NCBI RefSeq assembly: GCF_000143415.4
Contig: NW_003314311.1
Span: forward strand, 478,181 to 542,180
Reading direction: 5' to 3'
Source of the DNA: Selaginella moellendorffii
Taxonomy: Eukaryota > Plantae > Lycopodiophyta
Length of the DNA: 64,000 bases
The notes under the pieces are model-generated. The model was not told the DNA's origin. It searched no databases and was given only the letters and a program-made list of their open reading frames with translations. Within the stretch, counting starts at the first letter, position 1. Every line of letters begins with the position of its first letter. Made by a program: the position numbers and the translations under genes. Below are positions 37,939-50,139 of this stretch, piece after piece.

Positions 37939-38826
37939 AGACACCAGCAATTGTTACTGCACCGGTAAATTCTTATATACTTCACCAATGGGCAGTAAGC
38001 AGAGATAAACAACGCCATCCCAGTTCAGTCAAGGAATTGGCTATTTATGGGAGTTAATGTAATGTAATGTAATAAACTATCCACAAATCCCACAAATAAT
38101 CCCAGTACTGGAAGATTTGTGGCTCCATGCTTGGAAACAGCAACCTTTTGACATCTTCCCAAACATAACCAAAGCTTTAAGGATGTTTCTTTTGGTTGGT
38201 ATAGATGGATATTGTCAAACATGCAAGATGGTAAAGGAGCATAGCATGTAGTTTTGTCTCAATTTATGCCAGACTCCCAGATCTGGATTTCATTTGATTT
38301 AGCGTGAGGTGCTAGGATTTGAGGGGAAAAAAAAGAAGTTATGTTTACTACCAAGATAATCACTTAAGCTTCTGCTCACCATGCATTTAACGGAAATTGG
38401 CATCTGAAGACTAATTTTAAATGCTATGCTTTTGTGGTTGGTTGGCATGGTTGATAACGTCCATAAGGTTTTTATTAAGATTATCAAAGCACCTTTATGT
38501 TTTTCTATAAATGCCCACAGGATCATCCTTACATTTAATAGGGGAAGATCTAAGAAAATATTTAGCTTCTTCTCTTTTAATTGTTAAGATTAAAACTTCT
38601 ATGCTTTTAATACTTTTTAACCAACTTGAAATAAATTTCTGCACTTTGCAGATTCATAAATCTTGAATTTTGTTGCTAGTTCTCAAATAGATTAAAAGAA
38701 TATCACAAAGTTTCATTTCCTATCCTGAGACAAAACCTCCACCCAAAGTGGATCACCTCATAAGCATTGCCCTAGTGGCACAAAAGCACTCTATATATTC
38801 AACATCCTTATTATTTAAAATATATA

Positions 38827-39838
38827 TTCCTTTATGTTGCCAAGTTAAATTTATAACACTTATAATATTATTAAAGAGTATAGTATTAAAATCACCCCAA
38901 TTTATGGTGGATAAAACAAATCTTACTAAAATAAAAAGGCCAATTACTTAAATAAAAAAGTTCTTGGATCTCTCTCTAAGAATTTCTTTTTTTTACACCT
39001 TCAACACTTGTCTTGTATATTAGTTTTAATTTTTCTAATCTTTATTTATTGCTTAATAAAGAATAGCTTTATTCATTTTTTTATCATATTAGATTGTGTT
39101 TATAGTTGCATACTTGAATTATTATTATAAACATCTTCCTAATTTGTTTTTGAGAGAAATAAATTCTTACTTAAATGGGATATTATAATGCTTTTTGCTA
39201 TCTCAAGCTCTACAAATATAAAAACATATGAATCAACTTCTTTCCATCTACCATACTATCACAAACATGTAAGAGCTTAAATATTGGTATTAATGTTTTA
39301 TTTTGTAAAGTTTCATTTTTATTTTTTTATTTACAAAAGATTTCACTTAAATTCTAAGTATCTTTAGAAAATTATCTTCATCACTAAAAATTTTTAAAAA
39401 TGCTTTATAAATTGATCTCAAAAAACTCCTCAAATTTCTATATTATCATAACTATAATAGTTTGAAACATTTACTATGCTTTTATAAAATATATTTTTCA
39501 AACTAAAATAATTTTTTTATTTATGAGAAGTTAGCTAGATTCATCTTTTTTCTATTATCTAAATACTTAAGTTGTGAGGAAAATTCTTTTTTATTATGTG
39601 CTATGATAAATATTTTAGTTAATTCATTAAATATATTATATTTAATAAATGGTGTGCTTGTTAGAAATAATGCCTCTTGCTTTACTAAAAGACTTTTTAT
39701 AAAAGATTAATATTGTCAACCATAACAATACTTTTCTTTTTAGTAATTTATTTCAAAAGAACTTGATAAGTAACTCTATAAAATATCAATTTTATTAAAA
39801 GTCTATAAATTTTTTATAAGTTGTGGTGGCTTTAGATT

Positions 39839-39922
<84 letters not shown>

Positions 39923-42900
39923 TAACAAATGAGAGTGAATTTCATTGAGAGAATCCAGAACAAGAAGCAAATAAAATATTAAAAGAAACAAGCATAGTAT
40001 ATACTATCCGGTAAACTTAGCTTTTTTATTGTCCTCACATGCAGCACAATCAGGCATCCGAACAAGCATCCAAACAAGGTGTGGAGGATCGGCAAAGCGA
40101 AACATTTTGCGACTTATAGCGCAATGAGCATTAAATCTATAAACTAAAAAATAACTTTATCAACAATAAAAAAGAAAACTGTAAAAAAAATTAAAAGAAG
40201 TTTTATAAAGAATTATTTTAGTTGAGTGAGAAGTTTTAAACTTAAATTTGAAGAGGAAATAAAAGATTAAATAGAGTTTTTAAAGCTGTAGTTTAATTAT
40301 AAATGATAGTTGGTAGAAAAACTTTATAATTAAAGTCTTATTTTTAACAAATTAAAAACCTTGTTAATCCTTTGGACTCTACTACCAAAAGACTTGCTTT
40401 AGGTGATTATAATTAATTATTTAAGTTTGAAAAAAAATTCAATTATGAACAACATGCTTTATGAAAAGGGAAAAAAGCATAGAAAATCTTGCCTGCAATT
40501 GAAGCAATTGATTGTGCTAGCCACAACATCAAGAATCTACCCATATTCACAAAAAAATTCATTAAAACTAAGTAATAACTTAATATTTTTGTTTAAAGAA
40601 AGTACAACAATGTCTTAAAGATTCATAGTAGAAATAATTGTAGAGAAGATTTTTCTTTATATAGATGTTTTTCTCTCTCTATTTTCTTTTGAGGTATAAA
40701 AATAATTTTGTAGTATTTAATTTGAAAATAAGTTGTTGAATGTAAAAGAATCATCTAGTTTGCAAACTAGATCACCAGATATCAATATCAAGATGTAGTG
40801 TGATTCTTTTAACCAACTAACAAAATCAAACCTAAAACCCATTTGATACAAAATGTAAATTCGTAAGTTTAACCTTCCCAATAAGTCATCCAAGGGAAAA
40901 GGCTTATAAATAAATTTTTTCCAATCAATTAAGAGTTTTAAGATACTTAGGGTTAATGGTCATTGAGTTTAACTAATATTTGAACCATTATAGATCATTT
41001 TTCAAGTTATTTTCTTTAGTTGTTTACAATTCATTATACTTCCATACAATCTTACGCTTTCATAAATGGAAGTTAAAAATTGTAGCTCCCTACACTTCTG
41101 ACTTTTAACCAATTGAAAAAAAAGGGTGTACTCTTGTTTATGGGCTTTTTTCCTCTATATTTGAACCCTCATGAATCGTCTCTCATATTTTTTCTTCAAT
41201 TGTTTATAATATCTCATGAAGATGAATATTTTATAATACCTTTGCAATATTTATATATAAATGTTTATATTGATATTTTCTAATATATTGACTATATATT
41301 AAAAGAAAAAAAACTACAAATTATAGTAAATTATTTGTTTCAAGGAGGGATCTAGGCAGATTTTCTTTTAATCTTAGATTGGAAGCTAGTAAATCTTTTT
41401 AGCAACATTGTATACTTCAACTAGAGGCACATCTTTGAGGATAGCTATAAGTTTTTCCAATAAATAAAGGGTTATGTCATTTTCTCAATTGGAAAAGAAT
41501 AATATAAATTGTAGATTCTCTTCCTATCACCTCTATAAATGTTTTATCTAACAATTTAATTGGCATTATCTAAGTTTGGAAATTTTAAAAACTTGAATTT
41601 ATCCTTTTAAAGTAATGTTTCTAATGAGCTCAATAAGCTCCAAAACTTGGAATCCTTCAATCTCTTTAACAATTACTTGTAACATGAGATTCTTTAATCA
41701 CTCACTTAACTATAGGAGTAGAAATGATTTAGAATTTTATACCCTCAACTTCAAATCAACCTTTTTCTTTATATCTTAATACACTAATAATGGAATTTGT
41801 GGTCAATCCATTGAAATAAGGGTATTCAATTTCTAATACACTTGATGATAGTTCAAAGTTGAGTGATTCAATGGTAATCAGGCTTAATCAAAGTTGCACC
41901 CCAAGTGGAAGTCTTCATCCACATATACTGTTTATGCCACAACTTCCAAGGAATTCAAGTAAGCTACTCTAATAATCACCTCCAATCAGAAAAAGGACCT
42001 TGGTAGAAAGTATGGATAAACATCTTTCATATTTCATAACAAATACTTGAAAGCAAGACCTTTATACCATAGGAATAGGTTTATCCATTTAAAGGTTCTT
42101 ACAACCTAGTCCTTAATGATCAAGCTTGCACTAAACTTCAAAAAAAGCACGAGAAATATAAATTAAAATATAACTTTATTGAAACATTTTTTAATAAAGT
42201 GGTGTTTACACAACAATTTCTTTTAAATTCTTTTAAGATAAGCTAGTAAAAAAGAAAGTACCATTTTGGCTGACAAGATCAAACTATTATAGAAATTCCC
42301 TTGCCAAAGTAGGAAGTATGCACAACTATGCTAAAGTAGAGCTACTAAATACAATAAGTTTAATGACTTAAGCTAGAGTAATTCAGAACAAAGGGGAATC
42401 TAGAATTTTTTGTGGAACATAAGAAATAGGAAAAAATTTAGTTATAGTTTGAGCATATAAATAGTAGAGCATAAGTGATCTAGTTGACTTCTTAGGAATA
42501 GAAATAAATGAGAAATTAGTTCTAATTTTAAAAATAAGTTTTTATAGAAGCATAGTAAATGCTTCAATCTATTAGAGTCATAACATTGTGGGAAGCTCCA
42601 TAGGAATTTGAAGACTTTTATAAGGCAATTTTACAAAGACTCTATAGGTAATTGTTGGTAATGAAGATGATCTGCTATAAACTGAAGCAAAGTTTATAAT
42701 TGAAGCAAAAACTCTTGCCCCAAATGAAACAATAGAAAATGGAGTAACACAAGATAAAATATTGGTGTTAATTATTGAATTCTCTTTGATATTTCATGCT
42801 CCACAAATATAGAAGTGTTTGAATCAATGAATTTTTCCTCACTATACTACACACCATAATATCCCATTTAATGGAAATCCATTTCTCTTAAAAAACAGGC

Positions 42901-43213
42901 TAGCAAAGGTGAAAGCTAGTGTCTATGATAATAATTCAAGTGTGCAAACACAATCTAACGTGAGAATAGGAGTGGATGTAATTATTCTTTATCAAGTAAC
43001 AAATAAGGATTGGTATGATTGCAATTGGTACATAGACAAGTGTTGAAGATTTAAAAAAAAAAAAAATATTTAGAGGGAGACCCAGGAACTTTTTTATTTG
43101 AGCAATTATACATGATATTTTTGCACTAGTATCAAGAACAAAGATTTAAAATATAATTTATTTGATATTAATACTGTGCTTCTTGATAAACTTAACTTTG
43201 CAACATAGAGGAA
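38827..43213. mobile_element. Decayed AT-rich element bounded by long imperfect inverted repeats (~38827-39013 / ~43034-43213)
   Basis: Left arm ttcctttatgttgccaagtt..aaataaaaaagttcttggatctctctctaa..cttcaacacttgtct is the reverse complement of right arm agacaagtgttgaag..ttagagggagacccaggaactttttattt..aactttgcaacatagaggaa. No intact ORF inside. Confidence 0.6.
39842..39920. repeat. (TA)n microsatellite
   Basis: About 39 uninterrupted AT/TA units. Confidence 0.97.
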
Positions 43214-43301
43214 CAAAGATGTGAAGCACTTTGGTACCAACTTTTGATAATTAATTTAAATATTAGTTCAAACAAATAAAAAAGCTAAATACAAATCTGT
43301 A

Positions 43302-43537
43302 GATGGTAGTGAATATACCTAAAATATGTTTGGATAATCTAGGGTATTCTACTATCTAATGGTTGTTATTCATTTAGATTAATCTTGTATTTATAATTTA
43401 TAAACATGTATATAATTTATAAACTTTTTTAAACACTTTTTAAAATATTCTTTCTTTATTCTACCATCTAATGGCTGATATGCAATAAGGTTTATCTTGT
43501 GTTTATAAATTATAAACATGTTTATAATTATAAAATT
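43302..43537 (+). repeat. Dispersed AT-rich repeat, copy 3
   Basis: Near-colinear with 12033-12268. Ends ~50 bp from the stop of the Vgb-like gene. Confidence 0.7.
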
Positions 43538-43586
43538 TTGACATTACTGTAGCAACACTTAGCAAATTATTTTAAAAACACCAAAA

Positions 43587-44813
43587 CTATTCCAAGATCT
43601 TCTTGCGCTTCAGTGCGGGCTCCGCGACCGCTAGTGGCAAGTTTGGGTAGTGAACGCGATTGCTGAGCGCGCCCAGTCCCCACAGAGCATATGCGTCGGC
43701 GGCTTGATCGTCTCTGTCAGGGCCCCAGACCGCAGTCCCACTGATGTGCGCAAGAACAGAGGCGCTCAGCTCCGTCACGAACAGCCCCGATCTGTGCTTC
43801 AGCACGCGGTGCGCCATCGAGGACTGCGTAGGCAGCACGATCACCTCCTCCTTTTCGAGGTGGAGCTGCTCTGGATTCTTAGGATCTGGCTGCAGGTGAA
43901 CAGTGAACACCGCATTGATATTCGCGGGGGAGCCGATTGAAGATCCTAGCAGCCAGATCTTGAGATTCTTGCCCTGGCTGCGATGGTAGACACCGTTGTC
44001 GAAAGCGAGATGGAGAAGTCCGGCAGTAGTCGCGGTGGTGAGATGGAACCAGGTGATCCATGGCTCGTTCGTCACCTTGTTGATGCTAATCCTTCCAAAG
44101 GTACCGGTTCCCCCTTTCAAATTCCCAAGCAGGACGAACCAGGCATTTCCGTCGGGGCCAGTGATGAGCCCAACAGGGGTGCTTCCCTTCTCAGTCGGAA
44201 TCTCAATCTCGAATGTGACTTCGGTATTCCTCTGTAGGCAGAATATTCTGCTACTCTCGTCCATGCTGGCGTACACGTACTCGTCTGTCGGCGCCACAAA
44301 GATGGGGCGGCGGCTGCAGGGGTAGTATGCCACGACAGCAAACTCCCGGTGATTCACCTTCGCCACGTGGCAGCTGTCCTTACACGTCACCCACAGGTAG
44401 TCGGAGCCGTCCTCTATGACGACGTGGGGGCCTCGGAGAGGCTTTGGAAGCCGAAACCTCCTCTCCACCCGTGGGGGCTTATTCTGTTGAGTCGCAATGG
44501 GATCAATGAGAAGTAAGCTGTTGTCGAACTGGAGCGTCACCCAGGCATAGCCCGGGTAAGCTTTGGAATCGCGGAGGCCATGAGCTCCTTGGTATGTGGA
44601 TCCGTCCAGGGTGAATTTGGAAGCAAATGTCGGGCTGCCGGTTACTGGATCCAGTGCGACTTTGATGATCCCATTGCACTCCTGCTGGGTGATGAGCAGC
44701 AGCTCGTCTCCAATGGGGACGACCTCGTGCGTTTGAACGGTTGCAGGCAGCGCGTACTCCGAGACTTTCTTCTGGATACCCACAATGGGGACGATGCTGT
44801 TGCCGTTGTCCAT
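43587..44813 (-). CDS. Vgb (virginiamycin B lyase)-like beta-propeller protein of microbial appearance, 408 aa
   Basis: Intact ORF from ATG 44813 with propeller-blade motifs GAHGL..YAWVTLQ, GPHVVIEDGSDYLWVT, GSTPVGLITGPDGNAWFV, GTFGRI, GLFVTELSASVLAH. Function inferred from motif resemblance only. Confidence 0.75.
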   Translation of the reverse strand: MDNGNSIVPIVGIQKKVSEYALPATVQTHEVVPIGDELLLITQQECNGIIKVALDPVTGSPTFASKFTLDGSTYQGAHGLRDSKAYPGYAWVTLQFDNSLLLIDPIATQQNKPPRVERRFRLPKPLRGPHVVIEDGSDYLWVTCKDSCHVAKVNHREFAVVAYYPCSRRPIFVAPTDEYVYASMDESSRIFCLQRNTEVTFEIEIPTEKGSTPVGLITGPDGNAWFVLLGNLKGGTGTFGRISINKVTNEPWITWFHLTTATTAGLLHLAFDNGVYHRSQGKNLKIWLLGSSIGSPANINAVFTVHLQPDPKNPEQLHLEKEEVIVLPTQSSMAHRVLKHRSGLFVTELSASVLAHISGTAVWGPDRDDQAADAYALWGLGALSNRVHYPNLPLAVAEPALKRKKILE

Positions 44814-45689
44814 TACGCTCTGCAGAGACGATGTGAGCAATTCTCAACATTCCAAAGTATCCTTACCTTCTTGGTGGTTGAACCAAAGTTTGAGAATGCA
44901 ACTAGCTGCTGCAGCTCTTGATCGCCCAGGTGAGAGAAGAGGACTTTCAGAGCTCCAACTTGACCGCCTCACCTTGGGGCTGTGAAGATTTGCACGAAAA
45001 CAATGAGGCAACAAGCTGGGCTTTATAGCCCCGTGAGTTGCAATGTCTACACTGTGACATCTACAGAGCGCATTTCTGTTCACATATTGTGTGGCTGTGG
45101 CTTTGCACAGGGAGAGAATGTACAAATTATTGGCGCAAAATGCCAAATAACTCACATAATGCCAAATAACACAAGTTTCACGTTGGGGATAAGGTTTAGA
45201 TTTATTATATTAATTGCTAAGTGCTTTTGTTTAGTGTAATATGATATACAAGGAGAAAATGTCTTTTCAGATGTATCAACGTGCTGCATGCCATGATCCA
45301 AGAATTTCTTCCCTGCTCTAAGATAATCGAGAATCTCTGGAGAAGAAGTCCAATGAAAAATGGAACGAAGTACTGCGACAAGACTTTTTGGAGTATCATA
45401 TACGTCCATACACCTTTGCTAAAAGTTGAAGGTGATGAAGTGGTGCTGGATTCCCACCTGACAATAGATGAGTTAATCAAGTATAAATATTTTTTTGTTA
45501 GCATATAATTTACTATGACTAATCCATTATATACTAATTTTGAATTAGCAAAATCTAGAGAATTTATTTGTGAGAGATAAATTTTAATTTTGAAACTATC
45601 ATGAGCAAGATGAGCACTATGGACCCTTGCAACCATTAAGAGAACATTGTAAAGGAATGTAGAATTTCTCCTGCCAAATAAGATATCGT

Positions 45690-46240
45690 AGGAAAAAAAA
45701 AAAAAGAGATGATAAGATTCGTTTTGGACAATGGCAGCTTTAGTAGAAGGATAGAAAGCTGAAATAACAATTAGCGAGCCTTGTTCCACTTGTTCGTCGA
45801 TAACTCTCATCCACGGCCCTCGATCTTTCCTCCCTCGTCCACCATGGAACCAATTTGGAGCGACCATATCTTCTTGGAAGAAACAATTAGTTCACAGAAG
45901 AATTTGAAAGAAAAAGAGTTGTTGAGCTGGACGCAGTCCATTCCAAGTCCCAGGGTTAATAGATTAGGAAGCTATGGATCTGGCGGAAGTGATAGATGAA
46001 GTTTCGATCGAAAGCATTGGTGGCATCTGGGAAAGTTATATCCACTTCGACAATGCCAACACCACTTTATCTCTCCAAGACATCTCGAACGCTGCTCTTG
46101 TCTATCTCCCAGGCTCGTGAAGGAACTCCCGAGCTAAAGCCATGGATCACAGCTCCAAAACCAAATCCTCTCTGGCTCGTCCTGCTTTCCTCCGGCCAGA
46201 AGGAATGCCTGCCAAATACGAAACAATAGCTTCTCTACAG
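45690..46240 (-). pseudogene. Truncated second copy of the 11S-like cupin
   Basis: Near-identical segments to 36140-36910 (GFGAVIHGFSSGV, FPDATNAFDRNFIY, MVAPNWFHG, GSLIVISAFYPSTK) with deletions. N-terminal half absent. Confidence 0.85.
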
Positions 46241-46559
46241 GAACGATGGAGAAAAAGAGAGATTTTTACCAGGGTGTTTTTACCAGGGCGTGAGATCACA
46301 GGGCTGCATGGAACACCATCCTTGGCGAAGGAGACCACTGGATGGCTGGTAGCCACCGTCGCACCTCTTTAGAACCACTCCGAGCTTCCTTTTACGTCCA
46401 CCAGAGCCCGCGAGATTGCAAAAGAAGAGGTTTTAGCGGAAGTCGGATTCTGCTGGAGCAATCTCCCAGTAAAACGCTGCTTCGTGAGATCACCTGTTTA
46501 ATTGTCAAGAGCGCTGGGATTGATAGCTTGGACCTATCAAATCATATCAACGCCCTGGT

Positions 46560-47364
46560 GCTCGTATCAACGCCCTGGTAAACATCGAGGTACTCAACCC
46601 AGCTTCGCTGGAGATCTCGGGAATAGAAGTGGCAGGCATTGACGAAGATCCAGTGGAAAATCTCGACTTTGCAGAATCATGAGTACATTTGCGCATTTCG
46701 TTTCACAGCTGCCAGGCTACGAAGGATTACGAACGGTCTTCATACAACACAGGGAACAGCAGCAAAGCCCACGTCTTACTTACTTACTCGTCCGTTGCTT
46801 TGAAAAACTTCCCCGTGGAACAGTGGTTTCGATCCTTCAGTGCGAGGCAGGACAAAGCTGAGCGAGAATTTTTTTCTGTAACAGGCAGCATTGTTTCCAA
46901 GCACAGAGAACAGGCCAAGAATCTAGCCTCGATTGTTCTTCTTCTGCATCGTACTTGGAAACTCATCACATTCAAAGGCAAGTGCACAGTCCAATGACGA
47001 AATTTTCACGGTCCACTTTGTTTATAACGTAGGCTCTTGTGAGCCGTCATGTCAAACCATGGGGTACTACTTCCTTCTCTTTTCCTCCTTTTCTTCAGTC
47101 GCTTCTATAGAGACAATCGAACTTGTAGACTGTGGTGGCTTGTCCAGGTCTTGCACAGATCCTTATTACGACTGTCTAACGAACTTTCCTTGCAACGTGC
47201 ACTCAAAAGAATGGCTCTCCTCACCGCTCGTCTGTCCTGGTAAACCTCCTGGGCTTGCGATCATGCTCGGGAATGGATGCTCAGTGCAGATTTGGAATTG
47301 TCCATCTACGCATGACCAACGATTTGTACCTTGTCAACCTTCCAATTGTCTATCCTTTCATTAG
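46560..47364 (+). pseudogene. Possible degenerate LRR-protein fragment
   Basis: Broken frames with LRR-like stretches (IETIELVDCGGL, DCLTNFP, VQIWNCP). No intact gene. Confidence 0.25.
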
Positions 47365-47563
47365 ATTTCTTATCTCATACAAAACATAATATAGTGGCAT
47401 TTCTTTTACCAGCAGTAACAATTGGTGGTGAACTCGTGCCTGCCCTTGCATAATGCATGACCCATTCTATAAGAGTGGGCAACTGTGGGCATTTCTCAAT
47501 CAAGTTCCTCACTGTTCTAATAGAGTGTTTTTTCGTCCTCTTTTCTTCACTTTTTGTTTTGCA

Positions 47564-47972
47564 ATGGCCACCGCTGCTGCTGGCGCTGCTGCTATCACGC
47601 CCACCTGCGGCTGCACTGCGGGGTGTGCTTGTGGGAATCCATGCCCATGCGGAGATAATTGCAAGTAAGCGATATCATTTGTGTTTTTATAGCTTTTGAT
47701 TGATTCACAAATCCTTGGATCACAGATGTGCAGCAACGGGTGCTGCTGGACGAAGGTAAGCTTTGTGTTTTCCTTTCAATTAAATGCTGATTCGGCAACT
47801 CTTTTGATCCTGTGATAGTGGCCACGACGGAGTTTTCTGCGAATGTGGTGAAAACTGCAAGTGTGAGACATGCACCTGTGCCAAGATAACGGCCTCAGGC
47901 GAGCCCTTCTGCAAGTGCGGCCGGACATGCAGCTGCGAGACTTGCTCTTGCCCCAAGCCAGTGCAAGGTTGA
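47564..47972 (+). CDS. Metallothionein with three Cys-rich domains (type-4/Ec-like), copy 2, 3 exons
   Basis: Spliced product MATAAAGAAAITPTCGCTAGCACGNPCPCGDNCKCAATGAAGRSGHDGVFCECGENCKCETCTCAKITASGEPFCKCGRTCSCETCSCPKPVQG* (20 Cys). TGCATG at 47454 and TATAAG at 47468 upstream. Confidence 0.92.
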
Positions 47973-49756
47973 TGGACTTGAAAGAGAGATCTTTATGCAA
48001 TTTTTAGATCAATAATAATTATAAAGTTTTGCTTACAGCTGTGGTCAAGCTGATTTCTTCTCGATCTGGAAAAAGAGACTTCTTCTTTTCTAAGACCTTT
48101 TTTCTCTTCTTTTACAGGACTTCCTCGCGCATGCTGGGCGAACAAACGGCAAAGAAGCTGGTCCGGAATGCTCAGCGTTTTGATTGTCCTTTTTATTTCT
48201 TACGTTTTGTGGCTTTTATAGAAAATCTTTAGAAATCTCCATGAAGCAGAGCAAAGAAAAGCAGCATTATGTCATTATATTCCATTCTTTTAAGTATATT
48301 CTAATCAATTGCGTAACATTTCGAACCAAGTATTTTTATTCCAGCAATCCATAAACCAACACTTTTGGTTACCAACTGCTTCCAGGACTATCTCCACGAC
48401 ATCAACCCTGGGAGAATCATTGGCCCAGCATCCACAACGCCACAGGCTACACCAAGGCGGAAGACAGAAGCCGCTCACGCCTAGAGATGCCCATCTCTCT
48501 GTGCAATACAGGAACAGAGATTCTATCTTATGTCATATATGACTACCCTGCCTACATGCGGCTATGGCTCTTCTTTCCCACACTAGACTTCCATGCCCAA
48601 GACCTCTAGCATTCATGGGAAACACGACCATGGCAGCAATGACTGCTCTTGATCTATGTGTCATTGAAGACTGGAGGGCACCGCTCATCAAAGCAACATG
48701 CCCCCACTTCCCAGACTGAAACATATAGCAAATGCTTGAATGCCCGACTCCCTGCTCTCCTCCCCACTCAAAAGTCCCATGCTCTCACAGGTTAACGGCA
48801 ACTATAAACACAATTATCTATTTATCTATCTATCTATCTTTGGTTATTCTTTCCAAAGTTTTTTCACTTCCATTCTCTGTTGTTTATATGGTCGGCCACT
48901 GGACAGTCTACCTGGACATTGATTTGGGGTGGATATGGAATCGACTCCTCCCATCCCTTCGAAGATGAGTTGGCATCCACAACTCATCTTCGTGTTGAAT
49001 ATCCAATTCGTGTTGAGCACCCAAGTATTGGAAGATTTCAGACTCCATTCCTAGAAATAGCAATTTGCTAACATCTTCCCAAATGTAAGGATGCTCCTTT
49101 GGGTGTTGATCAAGTCGGTGGATATTAAATCTCACCTCCTCAACCTTGTTAAACACGCTTGCCAGCCAATCCTTAAGGAGAACAGCATTTGCAAGGTGTC
49201 TTCATCCATCCCAGTCTGGGATTTTAAAGTTGTCTCGATGATAATGGCAAGAGCACATTCGTTGTTGTGGTAGTCCATCCATACCCCGAGCAGCTCTCAA
49301 AACTCCCGGCTGAAGCTCAAGAATTGACAGCCGAAAAGTTTGCGGCAGCATGAGAAAAGTTTCTCCATCCTCCATTGAAATGAATAGAATCTAAACCTTA
49401 TGAGCATTTAAATAGCACAAAGGTTTATGCTAGGGACTAAAAGGTCACATATACCCTAATATCCCTTTTGTACATTGCATCTAGTACAAATTTTGTGCAT
49501 AATGCAGCCATTCTATAAACGGGCAGCTTTGGGCGTGTCTCCCAAGATGCGTCAGAAGGTGCGGCAGGTAGATTGATGAGCCGGGACAAAAGGCTTGGTG
49601 GCAGAAAACTTAGAAGAGTTTTGCAAATGTAAGATTATCAAAACAATTTACTGTAATCTATTGGTCTCATGTTTCTTAGTGGGTACTACTAGACTATGTA
49701 AACAGCTAATGAATGAAGGAATGAATCACTGTGTCTCATCTTCACTTGATCGAGAA

Positions 49757-50139
49757 ATGGCCACCACTGCTGCTGTTGCTTCTGCTACCTGCGGCTGCAC
49801 TGCGGGTGTGCTTGCGGGAGTCCATGCCCATCTGGAGCTAATTGCAAGTAAGTGATAAACGCATGATTTGTGTTTCTGTAACTTCTGATTGATCGACAAC
49901 TCCGGATATTCAGAGCTGCTGGACGAAAGTAAGCTTCTACTATTCTTCTCAATTTAAGGGTTGGCAACTTTTTTGATCCTGTGGTAGTGGCCACGACGGA
50001 ATTTTCTGCGCATGCGGTGCAAACTGCAAATGTGAGACATGCACCTGTGCCAAGAAAACGGCCTCAGGCGATCCCTGTTGCAAGTGCGGCCGGACATACA
50101 GCTGAGACTTGCTCTTGCCCCAAGCCTGTGCAAGGTTGA
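49757..50139 (+). pseudogene. Metallothionein copy 3, frameshifted
   Basis: Colinear with copy 2, but 1-nt loss in exon 1 (gcgggtgtg vs gcggggtgtg), shortened exon 2 and a 2-nt loss in exon 3 giving TAC AGC TGA. Confidence 0.85.

Noticed and set aside
39803-39991. ORF with IYIYIY run
   Set aside because: Translation of the (TA)n microsatellite.
48300-49400. Coding-like DNA between MT copies 2 and 3
   Set aside because: All frames are interrupted and no family is recognisable, so I cannot support a call.
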